Assembly: GCA_016432325.1 (NCBI GenBank) | Contig: CP066684.1 | Span: 448,001 to 512,000, forward strand | Direction: 5' to 3' | Source of the DNA: Candidatus Aenigmatarchaeota archaeon | Lineage (GTDB): Archaea; Aenigmatarchaeota; Aenigmatarchaeia; PWEA01; JACQIF01 | Length of the DNA stretch: 64,000 nt | Shown here: in pieces, positions 1-7,978 of the stretch | Layout: the number at the start of each line of letters is the position of its first letter | Numbering within the stretch: position 1 is the stretch's first letter | Notes under the pieces: model-generated | Told to the model about the DNA's origin: nothing | Seen by the model: only the letters and a program-made list of their open reading frames with translations | Databases searched by the model: none | Position numbers and translations under genes: made by a program

Positions 1-744
1 CTTTATGTCCGGCGATATGAAGTCCACGATGGTCCACGGGTTTCGCCTGAACTTGCGTATGGTAAGCGTGTTGCCTTTGGTCGATATGGGATAGAGCGTC
101 GCAGTGACGCGGTCTCCTGTGACGAGCATGGCGTCGTCCAGAAGGGGCCGCGCGATGTTTATCTCCTTGCCGAACCGGCTGGCTATCTTCTCGGCCAAAT
201 CGTCTATCGCCTTTTCCGTGGCTATCACTACGTTCGTAGTCAGCCAGCCGTACTTCCTGTGGTAAACCATCGCAGGCACGCCCGAAGAGTTCACGCAGAT
301 TTCCTCAAGGCTGTCGTCGTGCAGGAGCGGTTCCAGTTTGTCGAGCCCTATCATCTCCATGAGCAGCCGCACCGCGAGCATCTTCTTCTCGCGCGCGCCG
401 AGATTGGGCATCATAGTTTCGAGGATGTCGTAGGTCGTCGATTCGAAGCGCTCTTCCACGTTCCTGTATTCGTCTACGGTCGTGAACTTCAGGCTCGTGG
501 GCTTGAACCTCTTTATGAGCTGGGAGCGTATCTCGGCCTCTGTTCCGGGTCCCGTAGGCGTCAACGCCGGGTACTTCAGGATGTAGGAAGGGGTTGCGCG
601 CCCCTCCGTGCGGCTTATCTCGATTTCCATCGGCACGCCGCGAACGGCTATTGTATAGTTCTCGAAGACCTTTCCCGCGTGCGTCGTCCGTTCGTGCACG
701 TCTTCAAGCAGCCTGCCGATGATTTCCTGAGGAGCCTCGACCAT
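1..744 (-). CDS. Type IV pilus/Tad assembly ATPase (VirB11/GspE/CpaF family), N-terminal 248 codons, runs off the left edge
   Basis: Not in the ORF track. Manual translation from ATG 744: MVEAPQEIIGRLLEDV...EPLLHDDSLEEICVNS...YHRKYGWLTTN...VTGDRVTATLYPISTKGNTLTIRKFRRNPWT. Clear paralog of 40174..41748. Confidence 0.92.
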   Translation of the reverse strand, partial: MVEAPQEIIGRLLEDVHERTTHAGKVFENYTIAVRGVPMEIEISRTEGRATPSYILKYPALTPTGPGTEAEIRSQLIKRFKPTSLKFTTVDEYRNVEERFESTTYDILETMMPNLGAREKKMLAVRLLMEMIGLDKLEPLLHDDSLEEICVNSSGVPAMVYHRKYGWLTTNVVIATEKAIDDLAEKIASRFGKEINIARPLLDDAMLVTGDRVTATLYPISTKGNTLTIRKFRRNPWTIVDFISPDIK

Positions 745-787
745 AAGGGACCAAAAACACTTTATATTGGGCATTATATAAAACTAC

Positions 788-831
788 TTGAAACAGCGGT
801 TTTAGAGTTCTTACGAACAGCGGTTCGTAAG
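788..831. promoter_or_regulatory. Two tandem AAC-N4-GTT palindromes in the divergent promoter region
   Basis: ttgaaac-agcg-gttttag (788-805) and the perfect cttacgaac-agcg-gttcgtaag (810-831), next to TATA-like tttatat/ttatataaa at about 761-783. Confidence 0.55.
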
Positions 832-895
832 TTTGCGAATGCACGTTCGCAAATACCTCGTCCGCTCGTTAACTAGTAAGGACACGGTGATCACG

Positions 896-1516
896 ATGGT
901 ATTGGGGTCTCAGAGTCTCGAACCGGAGAGTCGCTTCAGGCTGGCCCTGAAAAGGCTCATTGGGGCCACGACAGAAGAGGAGACCAAAGAGGCCATCATG
1001 GACCTCGAGGAGTCGCTGCGGCTGATTCTGGAGAAACGGGACCGCGAGTGGAGCGCTCTTCTGCAGGAGAAGGGCGCCGGGGCGCCGTCGTACCCGCAAG
1101 ACATGAAAGGGTTCGCTGCCGAGCTGGCCCGCGAGGCGGCGGCCGCCGTCGAGGCCAAGATAGACTCCAAGATATCTCAGATACGACTGCCTGCGACTGA
1201 GGGACCTCCGCAGATAATCCCCTCTTCTTCAGAAAGCGGTCAAAGACTTGACACGATCGAAGAAAAGATAGAACACTTGCGCGAAATCGTCAAGGGCGAA
1301 CTGCAACCAGAAACCAAGGAGACGCTGAAGAAAGAGATCCGCACAAGCATCGAGGGCCACATGTCCGCGGACGACGAGCTCGCACGCATGATAGCGGAAC
1401 TTGTCCAAGAGCTGCGCGGCCAACTGCTCGCCGAGCTGAAGACCGAGCTTACCGAAGAGGTCAAGGCCGCAATAAAGGACGAGATAAAAAACGAGTTGCG
1501 AAAGGAACTTCTGTGA
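896..1516 (+). CDS. Hypothetical coiled-coil, Glu/Lys-rich helical protein
   Basis: ORF 833..1516. ATG 896 follows a GGTGA RBS. Heptad-like C-terminus. Confidence 0.75.
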   Translation: MVLGSQSLEPESRFRLALKRLIGATTEEETKEAIMDLEESLRLILEKRDREWSALLQEKGAGAPSYPQDMKGFAAELAREAAAAVEAKIDSKISQIRLPATEGPPQIIPSSSESGQRLDTIEEKIEHLREIVKGELQPETKETLKKEIRTSIEGHMSADDELARMIAELVQELRGQLLAELKTELTEEVKAAIKDEIKNELRKELL

Positions 1517-1531
1517 CGTCTTGGACGTTTC

Positions 1532-2206
1532 CTAGACCCACTCCATTCTTCTTATTTCGTATACGCCCGAATCGCCGAACCATTTCTTTTCCGCTTCGAG
1601 CACGCGTATTCTCTTCCCGTTGTATAGAGGGCATGCTATCACAAGCGACTCGGCTTCCCCTCCTTCGAACCCCATATGTATGCCTGTTCGTTCCTTTATC
1701 GCTTTCAACTCTTCCACCGCGCGCCCGTCCACGACGCGCCCGAGCCACTTCTGCGTAAGGCCTTCGGCCGCGACAGCCGTGACCATCACCTCGAAGCCGT
1801 CCCTGAGCAGCAGCGGCCAGTACTCTTTCTCGTCGACCTTCCACAACGGGTTGTAGCCCTTGAGTCCCAGACGCCCGCAGATTTCCACTATGCGCGTATA
1901 TTGGTAGTTGGACGCCAACGCGCCCGTGACGATGCCGTCAACCTTGCCTGCCACGCGCTTGAGAAGCTCCTCCAAATCCGCGAGCTCCTCTTCCTTGACG
2001 CCCTTCGTGTGCGCCACCAGAATCGGAATCCCAAGAACTTTCGCGATCTCCTCTGTTATCCAGACGTTGACGTGCTGGAACATGTAGCTGTGCTCGTTCG
2101 CCGAACGCACGTTCAGCAGATAGTCTATCGTATGCCCCTCCTTCTTGGCGAGATATGCCGCATACATCGAATCTTTTCCGCCTGAGACGAGAGCCGCGAG
2201 ACGCAT
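1532..2206 (-). CDS. dph6: Diphthine-ammonia ligase (Dph6, PP-loop ATP pyrophosphatase)
   Basis: ALVSGGKDS PP-loop, SYMFQ and GFEGGEAES motifs. Confidence 0.9.
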   Translation of the reverse strand: MRLAALVSGGKDSMYAAYLAKKEGHTIDYLLNVRSANEHSYMFQHVNVWITEEIAKVLGIPILVAHTKGVKEEELADLEELLKRVAGKVDGIVTGALASNYQYTRIVEICGRLGLKGYNPLWKVDEKEYWPLLLRDGFEVMVTAVAAEGLTQKWLGRVVDGRAVEELKAIKERTGIHMGFEGGEAESLVIACPLYNGKRIRVLEAEKKWFGDSGVYEIRRMEWV

Positions 2207-2324
2207 GCCCCACATAACGCAGAAAGGCATAAAAACGTACGGCCGTCGATGTTTACGCGCGCCGCTGTGCAAAGGTTTTTATCTTTATGCGTGTATAGCA
2301 CTGTGTGGAGTGTGTGGAATGAAC

Positions 2325-2453
2325 CATCCCGCAGGGGATGATGCAGTCCCAATACATCATTGGATACGTGTTCTGCAGACCGGCGAGCGTTAGCTTTCGG
2401 GCCGGCTTTCCGGCGAGAGTTAACCCACCGATTTGCGCTGTAAGAGCGGGATG
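2325..2453 (+). ncRNA. Candidate structured leader or small RNA
   Basis: catcccgc(2325-2332)/gcgggatg(2446-2453) closes several internal hairpins in a long intergenic gap. No family recognised. Confidence 0.25.
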
Positions 2454-2485
2454 CAGTCGTACGAAGAATGTGGGGGTGTATCAGT

Positions 2486-3391
2486 ATGGTATTGATGGCA
2501 GTGCCATTTAGCTGGGACGAGGACGAGAGCGGAGAAAACGGACCGCCTGCCGGTCCTTATGTTGGGCCTTTCCAACTTAGGGAACAGATCCTGCGCGAGA
2601 AGAAGATGGAAGACGCGCACAGGCTGCATTTCGCGATACAGAATATCCGCGCGTCGCCCGGCTACAAGTTGTTGGACGACCAGTACGACGGCTTTAAGTG
2701 GCGTCTCGATAGCGCATCGCAGTCATACGGCCATGTAGAACTCGAACAGTGGCTCGAACCGACTCTGGACGTCGTGCAGGACGGCTTCAAACGGCTCAAG
2801 GAACGCGGCGTCGACCCTGTGGCAGGCCTGAACATGATGGGCGTCGATCCTGACACGCTCAGGGAACTCGAGGAGCTGATGCGCAGGCACGACAAGAAAA
2901 TCGAGAGAGTGGTCACGCGGAAGAGCGAGGAACTCATGGAAGAGATTGACGAACTGAAGGAGTACGAGGAACGGCGCGACGCAACTGCCCGCGACGACGG
3001 GCTTAACGCAGCCATTCTCGGCGGTTGGGGACTCGCGGGCACGACCCTCGCAGTGCTGGGCGGCCAGATAGCCGAAAAGATAGCCGGTATCGGCGAAGGC
3101 GTGAACTCCAATACCCTCAGAGCCATAGGCTACGGCATGACAGGCAGCTCGGCCGCGACGCTGCTTGCGCTGGCCGCGTACGAATGGAAGAAGAATGAGA
3201 TAGACGCGGGCATAGAGGATACCAAAGAACTCATGATCGACGGCGCCGCTTATGCGGCAGACGGGTTCCGCGCCGCCCGAAAGAAGGTTGCCGGCGCGTT
3301 CGCAACGCCTCCGGGCGTTCTCGACTGGTTCATAGGCTCGCCGTCAGGCGAAAGAAGAAAGCACGGCAAGAACGGCCGCGGCTCGGACTGA
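2486..3391 (+). CDS. Hypothetical protein: coiled coil followed by two Gly/Ala-rich hydrophobic helices
   Basis: ORF 2468..3391. Segments LNAAILGGWGLAGTTLAVLGG and AIGYGMTGSSAATLLALAAY. Start uncertain. Confidence 0.7.
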   Translation: MVLMAVPFSWDEDESGENGPPAGPYVGPFQLREQILREKKMEDAHRLHFAIQNIRASPGYKLLDDQYDGFKWRLDSASQSYGHVELEQWLEPTLDVVQDGFKRLKERGVDPVAGLNMMGVDPDTLRELEELMRRHDKKIERVVTRKSEELMEEIDELKEYEERRDATARDDGLNAAILGGWGLAGTTLAVLGGQIAEKIAGIGEGVNSNTLRAIGYGMTGSSAATLLALAAYEWKKNEIDAGIEDTKELMIDGAAYAADGFRAARKKVAGAFATPPGVLDWFIGSPSGERRKHGKNGRGSD

Positions 3392-3587
3392 AACGGGAAA
3401 CGTCGCAACCCCATAAACCCTGTAAACAAATGTTATACGGCGATTGGCGATGGGGTATATAAATAGGCGTAGTCCGCTTTGGGTGGTTAAAACCGACGAT
3501 AGCTTTATATACCACCCGTGGCAATATAATCCCAGCGTATAGGGGTGTCACTATCCATCGATGGTGATGCTTCAAGGGGTGTGTGAT

Positions 3588-3788
3588 ATGGCGAATAAAC
3601 CGATGATGGCAAGGCTGAAGGCCGACGTCAAGGACGGCAAGGGCGGGTTCATACCTTTCGAGGCTCTGGACTCCGGCATGGTAGTCTTCCTCAAGAGGAA
3701 CAACTACGCGATACAGGCCGTGCGCGAACAGAACACGTACTGGTACAAACCAAACCGTCCGAGAGGCCTGCGCGCGGCGGCGTCCTAG
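3588..3788 (+). CDS. Small basic hypothetical protein directly upstream of tfb
   Basis: ATG after a GGGGTG RBS. Ends 2 nt before tfb. Confidence 0.6.
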   Translation: MANKPMMARLKADVKDGKGGFIPFEALDSGMVVFLKRNNYAIQAVREQNTYWYKPNRPRGLRAAAS

Positions 3789-3790
3789 TT

Positions 3791-4807
3791 ATGGTCAAAC
3801 GTTCACAGAGGCCGAAAACCGTGAAAGTCAAGGAGAAGGCGAATCAGATGGTTGGCCGCGCCAAGACTGCCTCGAAAGTGATGCACGGCAAGTTCAAGTG
3901 CCCGGACTGCGGCTCTTCTCACATGCTCGAAGACTCAAGCCGCGGCGAGGTTTCTTGCGGCAACTGCGGACTGATTCTCGAAGAGAACATAATCGATCTC
4001 ACCCAGGAATGGCGCGCGTTCGACCAGGAGCAGCGCTCCAAGCGCGCGCGCACGGGCGCCCCGCTGACGCACACGAAGCACGACAAAGGCATGATAACCG
4101 AGATAGGCCGAGGCTCTGGAGAGCTTTTCAAGGTCTCCGCACGCAAACGCGCGCAATATTACAGGCTCCGCAAGTGGCAGAAGCGTCTCATCGAAAGCAA
4201 AGACCGCAACCTGTCGTTCGCTCTCTCAGAACTGCAGCGTCTCGTTTCGTTCCTCGGACTGCCGAAGAACGTCCACGAGGAAGTTGCAAAACAGTACGAG
4301 AAGGCCGTTGACAAGGGGCTCGTGCGCGGCCGCTCGATGGAGAGCGTCGTCGCGGCTCTCCTATACGCGATATGCCGCGAGTACAAGACGCCCCGAACGC
4401 TGGACGAAATCACGGATGCTTCTGGCGTGGACAAGCGCGAGATCGGGCGCACGTACCGTTATGTGTGCAGAGAGCTTGAGATACGCATACTTCCCTCGCA
4501 GCCCGAAGACTACATACCGCGCTTCGCCACGATGCTCGGCTTGTCTGACAAGGTGCAGGCCGGCGCGATGGAAGTTCTCAGGAAGGCGAAGAAATACGAT
4601 CTCGCCTCTGGTAAGGGTCCGACCGGCGTGGCCGCGGCCGCTTTGTACATCGCCGCCGTGCTCGCAGACGAGAAGCGCACGCAACGCGAGGTCGCCGACG
4701 TCGTCGGCGTCACAGAAGTCACGATACGCAACCGCTACAAGGAGATAGTGGACAAGCTCGGCATCGAAGAGGAGGTCGAGAAAAAAATCAAAGAGGATGA
4801 AGATTGA
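3791..4807 (+). CDS. tfb: Transcription initiation factor IIB
   Basis: Zn ribbon CPDC...CGNC, EWRAF B-reader, two cyclin folds, VTEVTIRNRYKE. Confidence 0.98.
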   Translation: MVKRSQRPKTVKVKEKANQMVGRAKTASKVMHGKFKCPDCGSSHMLEDSSRGEVSCGNCGLILEENIIDLTQEWRAFDQEQRSKRARTGAPLTHTKHDKGMITEIGRGSGELFKVSARKRAQYYRLRKWQKRLIESKDRNLSFALSELQRLVSFLGLPKNVHEEVAKQYEKAVDKGLVRGRSMESVVAALLYAICREYKTPRTLDEITDASGVDKREIGRTYRYVCRELEIRILPSQPEDYIPRFATMLGLSDKVQAGAMEVLRKAKKYDLASGKGPTGVAAAALYIAAVLADEKRTQREVADVVGVTEVTIRNRYKEIVDKLGIEEEVEKKIKEDED

Positions 4808-4858
4808 TTTTTTTCACATTTTCCGCCATGCGTAAAATCGAGAAGAAGATTAAGGAAG

Positions 4859-5083
4859 ATGAAGATTAGGAAGGAGTTTCCATCCGTGGGGATAAACATG
4901 ACTGGACATGTCTTTAATCTGGACGAGGAAGTGAAAATCGCCAAGAAGGTCGGACTTGGAGAACTAGAAGGTATGATTCAATCGATGATAAATGACAATA
5001 CAGTCGAAGCGGCATGGGACCTATACAGGGCGCGCAGTATCGCTTTCCAAGAACTTTCTGGCAAGGCTTACGTTCCTCAGTGA
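4859..5083 (+). CDS. Small hypothetical protein
   Basis: 74-aa ORF filling the intergenic space. Confidence 0.5.
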   Translation: MKIRKEFPSVGINMTGHVFNLDEEVKIAKKVGLGELEGMIQSMINDNTVEAAWDLYRARSIAFQELSGKAYVPQ

Positions 5084-5124
5084 ATCAGTTACGTCTCCAT
5101 AACAAGAAGAAGGTGGGTAATCGA

Positions 5125-5376
5125 ATGACGCGCTCTGACTTTGAAGGATTGGGTCCCGAAGAGATAAAGAAATTCGACGCCGTTCTTGACAGACATCGAA
5201 TACCAGAAGACTGGGGCAATCCATTCGTCGTACACAAGATAGGAGAAGACGTCTACCTCGTAGGCAAACTTTCTTACTACGCAGGAAGCGGGCCCTCTAC
5301 GTGCAGAGGCATCGACAAAGCGATAGACACATTGGATAGCATAGCCGCGCCCGTCGGAACTAAACAGAAAGCTTAA
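5125..5376 (+). CDS. Small hypothetical protein
   Basis: ATG 5125 after GGTGG (MTRSDFEGLGPEEIKKFDAVLD...). Confidence 0.5.
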   Translation: MTRSDFEGLGPEEIKKFDAVLDRHRIPEDWGNPFVVHKIGEDVYLVGKLSYYAGSGPSTCRGIDKAIDTLDSIAAPVGTKQKA

Positions 5377-6472
5377 CCGCCTTCACGACCTCGTCGAAAG
5401 GCGCGTTCGTCTTTATCGCGGTTCTCAGGAAGTGAGTGCTGCCGCACTTGTAGCCTTCTTCAGCGAGCGCGCTGCAGACGGCCTCGATGGAAGGCGCTGA
5501 TATTTTGAATTTTTCTGAGATGTAGTGCGTGTCGTAGTAGAACGGGAACTGCGGCTCGTGGCCCGTTTCCGTGACGAAGTGAGCCTCGTTCGAAAAGCCG
5601 CGCTTCCAAAGCTCGTCGGCCGCGAGCGTGCAGAACTCCTGCGCGTGCAGATCGCCGAGATATATCTCGCCGATGAATTCTGTCTTGCTTTTGCAGGCCT
5701 CGCACGCCGTGTGCAGCCCAAGACTTCTCCACCCGCACGCGAAGCAGTGGCTCACGTAACCGAAGTCGCGAAGCGCGGCGTTCACGTTCTTGTTGCCGTA
5801 GCGCACCTTCGAGTAGACGCGGAAATAATGCCGCCGCGCGTACGCGAACAGCGGAACGATCGTCTTCTCCGCCTCGAAAAACTTGCGCATGACAGCCGTT
5901 ATCAGTATCCGTAAACCAAGCTCGCGATTGTAATCGGTATAAAGCGAACGCAGACCGTACCGGCGTCTGCACACGTCCGGATAGCTGCCTACAAGAGGTC
6001 CCAGATCCGTGGCCGTGAACGCCAGAAAGCCGCGGAAAGAGAACGAACGCACGGCGTTGCTTACGAATTCGATCGGCGAGCCGAAGGGATCGATGTCTAT
6101 GAAATCGAAATGCTCCTTGGCGAGCAAAAGCTTTCCGTCCGTGTTCGTCACGTTAAGCGCGACGCCGTTCTGCTTGGCGTTTTCGCGCATGACGGCGGCG
6201 GCCTTTTCGTGTGAGTCGTTGGCCGTTACGTCAGCGAATCCCGATTCTTTCGCATAGCGCAACGCCCGCACGCCCGTGGCCGCGAGCAGGTCGCACACGC
6301 GCATCTTGCTCTTGGGCAGCTCGGTGAACGCGTCCGCCACGGACGCAGCCGCGACTGAAATGTTGCGGTCGAAAGCCATCTCCGGGTTGTAGAAGACTTC
6401 CCCTTCTTCAGGTCTGGCCACTTTCGGAGTTAGTATGTTTACGGAACCTTCCTGAATGTGTGTGTAAGGCAT
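5360..6472 (-). CDS. trm1: tRNA (guanine26-N2)-dimethyltransferase
   Basis: VFYNPEM, DLLAATGVRALR, FDFIDIDPFGSP, Zn finger CFAC...CEAC. Confidence 0.96.
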   Translation of the reverse strand: MPYTHIQEGSVNILTPKVARPEEGEVFYNPEMAFDRNISVAAASVADAFTELPKSKMRVCDLLAATGVRALRYAKESGFADVTANDSHEKAAAVMRENAKQNGVALNVTNTDGKLLLAKEHFDFIDIDPFGSPIEFVSNAVRSFSFRGFLAFTATDLGPLVGSYPDVCRRRYGLRSLYTDYNRELGLRILITAVMRKFFEAEKTIVPLFAYARRHYFRVYSKVRYGNKNVNAALRDFGYVSHCFACGWRSLGLHTACEACKSKTEFIGEIYLGDLHAQEFCTLAADELWKRGFSNEAHFVTETGHEPQFPFYYDTHYISEKFKISAPSIEAVCSALAEEGYKCGSTHFLRTAIKTNAPFDEVVKAVKLSV

Positions 6473-6501
6473 GCAATAAAGTTCGGAGCCTAGAATAAAA
6501 G

Positions 6502-7914
6502 CTATCGCGCGCTCGTGTGCTCCTTGACTTCTTCCTTCTTGATTTCCTTGTCCTTGGACTGTCCGGCAGCGGCCAGCTTGCGCTGCATCTCTTCCTCCTC
6601 TTCCTTGTCGCCTTTCTTGGCCGAGGCCTTGTAGGCGAGCGCCTCCTTCTTCTCGGCTATCTTCACGTTCACGTCGGGGACCTGCTCCTGGTCCACGCGC
6701 TTCGTGGCTTCCTCGAAGTTCACGCCGAGGTCGTTGTACAGCCTGCGGACCTCGCCCACGAAGCGTCGCACGTATTCTGTCGTAAGCGCGATGTAACGTT
6801 CGGAGACGTCCTCGACCTTCTTCTCGTTCATCTTCTGCCTCATGAACAGCACGCCGTCCAGAACGTCCTCGTAGAACGGGTTCACGAGCTTCGGCTCGGT
6901 GAGATGCTTCTTGAACGCGCGCGGCAGTTCCTTCGGATCCTGCGGCAGCTTGTTCACGGCCTTCAAAGCCGCGACAGAGGCCTTTATCATCACTTCATAT
7001 GCGCGCTGGATGTCCGAACGCTTCCTGCGCACCTCGAGTTCGCGGAGTATCTTCTCCATCTCCGCGACGAACGCCTCCGCCTTCTCTATGTAAGGATCGA
7101 TCTTCGAACTCTCGACGTCCTTTATCTCGCGGTGCTCCACGGCCTTGCGGAACTTCACGACGTCGTCGAGATAGTCAGCGTACTTGGAGTCTATCAGGCC
7201 CGGCTCGACCAGATATTTCTTCATGTCGCCTGCCGCATGCATCGGGTGCGGAATGTCGCGACCCATGTACATCAGAACGGCCTCTTCCGCGCCTATCATG
7301 GCGAGATACAAATCTTCCGCGATGAGCCACAGTTTGGCGCTCTTGGCGCGCGAGATGCGCCTCGGAACGTCGCCCCATCTCCTCTGCGAGGCTTCGGGCG
7401 TGGCCGCTATCTCTCCCATCTCGAGAAGGCGCTTGTGCGTGAGGAAGAAGCCCGTATCGTACGTCGGCATGCCGTCCTTCATGAGCTCGTAAGCGAGAGG
7501 CGTGAACGCGCGGACCATCTTGACGAACTCCGTTATGGTCCACACGGGCTGCGACGCGATGCGCTCGTCCAGCTTGCGGCCCGTGTCGTATATCCAGTCG
7601 TCCATCTCCACGCGCTGCGCGTCCGTGAGCTTGTCGCGCGTGTCGTCGACGAGTATGACGAAGTCGAGATCGCTCTTCTTCTTGAACTCCCCGCGGACCG
7701 TCGAGCCCCAGACGATGACGGACTTTATCCACGGACCGTACTTGTCGAGAATCTTCTTGGTGAACTTCTTTGCCAGTTCGATGCGCTCCTGTCGCTGCCT
7801 CTCAAATTCGCGCTCGGCCTTGGTCATCTTCTTCTTGGCCTTGCCGCTCTCCGGAGATATGGGTTTCAGAGTCTCCTTCTTTGCGGACCGTTTAGAACCC
7901 TTCTTTGCCACCAT
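6502..7914 (-). CDS. Minimal nucleotidyltransferase fused to two HEPN-like helical domains
   Basis: Pol-beta motif VWGSTVRG...SDLDFVILVDD. HEPN RxxxxH (RKAVEH) in the first helical domain, degenerate in the second. Likely start MVAKKG. Confidence 0.85.
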   Translation of the reverse strand: MVAKKGSKRSAKKETLKPISPESGKAKKKMTKAEREFERQRQERIELAKKFTKKILDKYGPWIKSVIVWGSTVRGEFKKKSDLDFVILVDDTRDKLTDAQRVEMDDWIYDTGRKLDERIASQPVWTITEFVKMVRAFTPLAYELMKDGMPTYDTGFFLTHKRLLEMGEIAATPEASQRRWGDVPRRISRAKSAKLWLIAEDLYLAMIGAEEAVLMYMGRDIPHPMHAAGDMKKYLVEPGLIDSKYADYLDDVVKFRKAVEHREIKDVESSKIDPYIEKAEAFVAEMEKILRELEVRRKRSDIQRAYEVMIKASVAALKAVNKLPQDPKELPRAFKKHLTEPKLVNPFYEDVLDGVLFMRQKMNEKKVEDVSERYIALTTEYVRRFVGEVRRLYNDLGVNFEEATKRVDQEQVPDVNVKIAEKKEALAYKASAKKGDKEEEEEMQRKLAAAGQSKDKEIKKEEVKEHTSAR

Positions 7915-7978
7915 AATCACCGTGTCCTGCCTATCGTCAGAACGGTATCTATAAAAAGACCACTTCTGCGCGCCCAAC

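Noticed and set aside
259-876. 205-aa plus-strand ORF
   Set aside because: Antisense shadow of the pilus ATPase on the minus strand.
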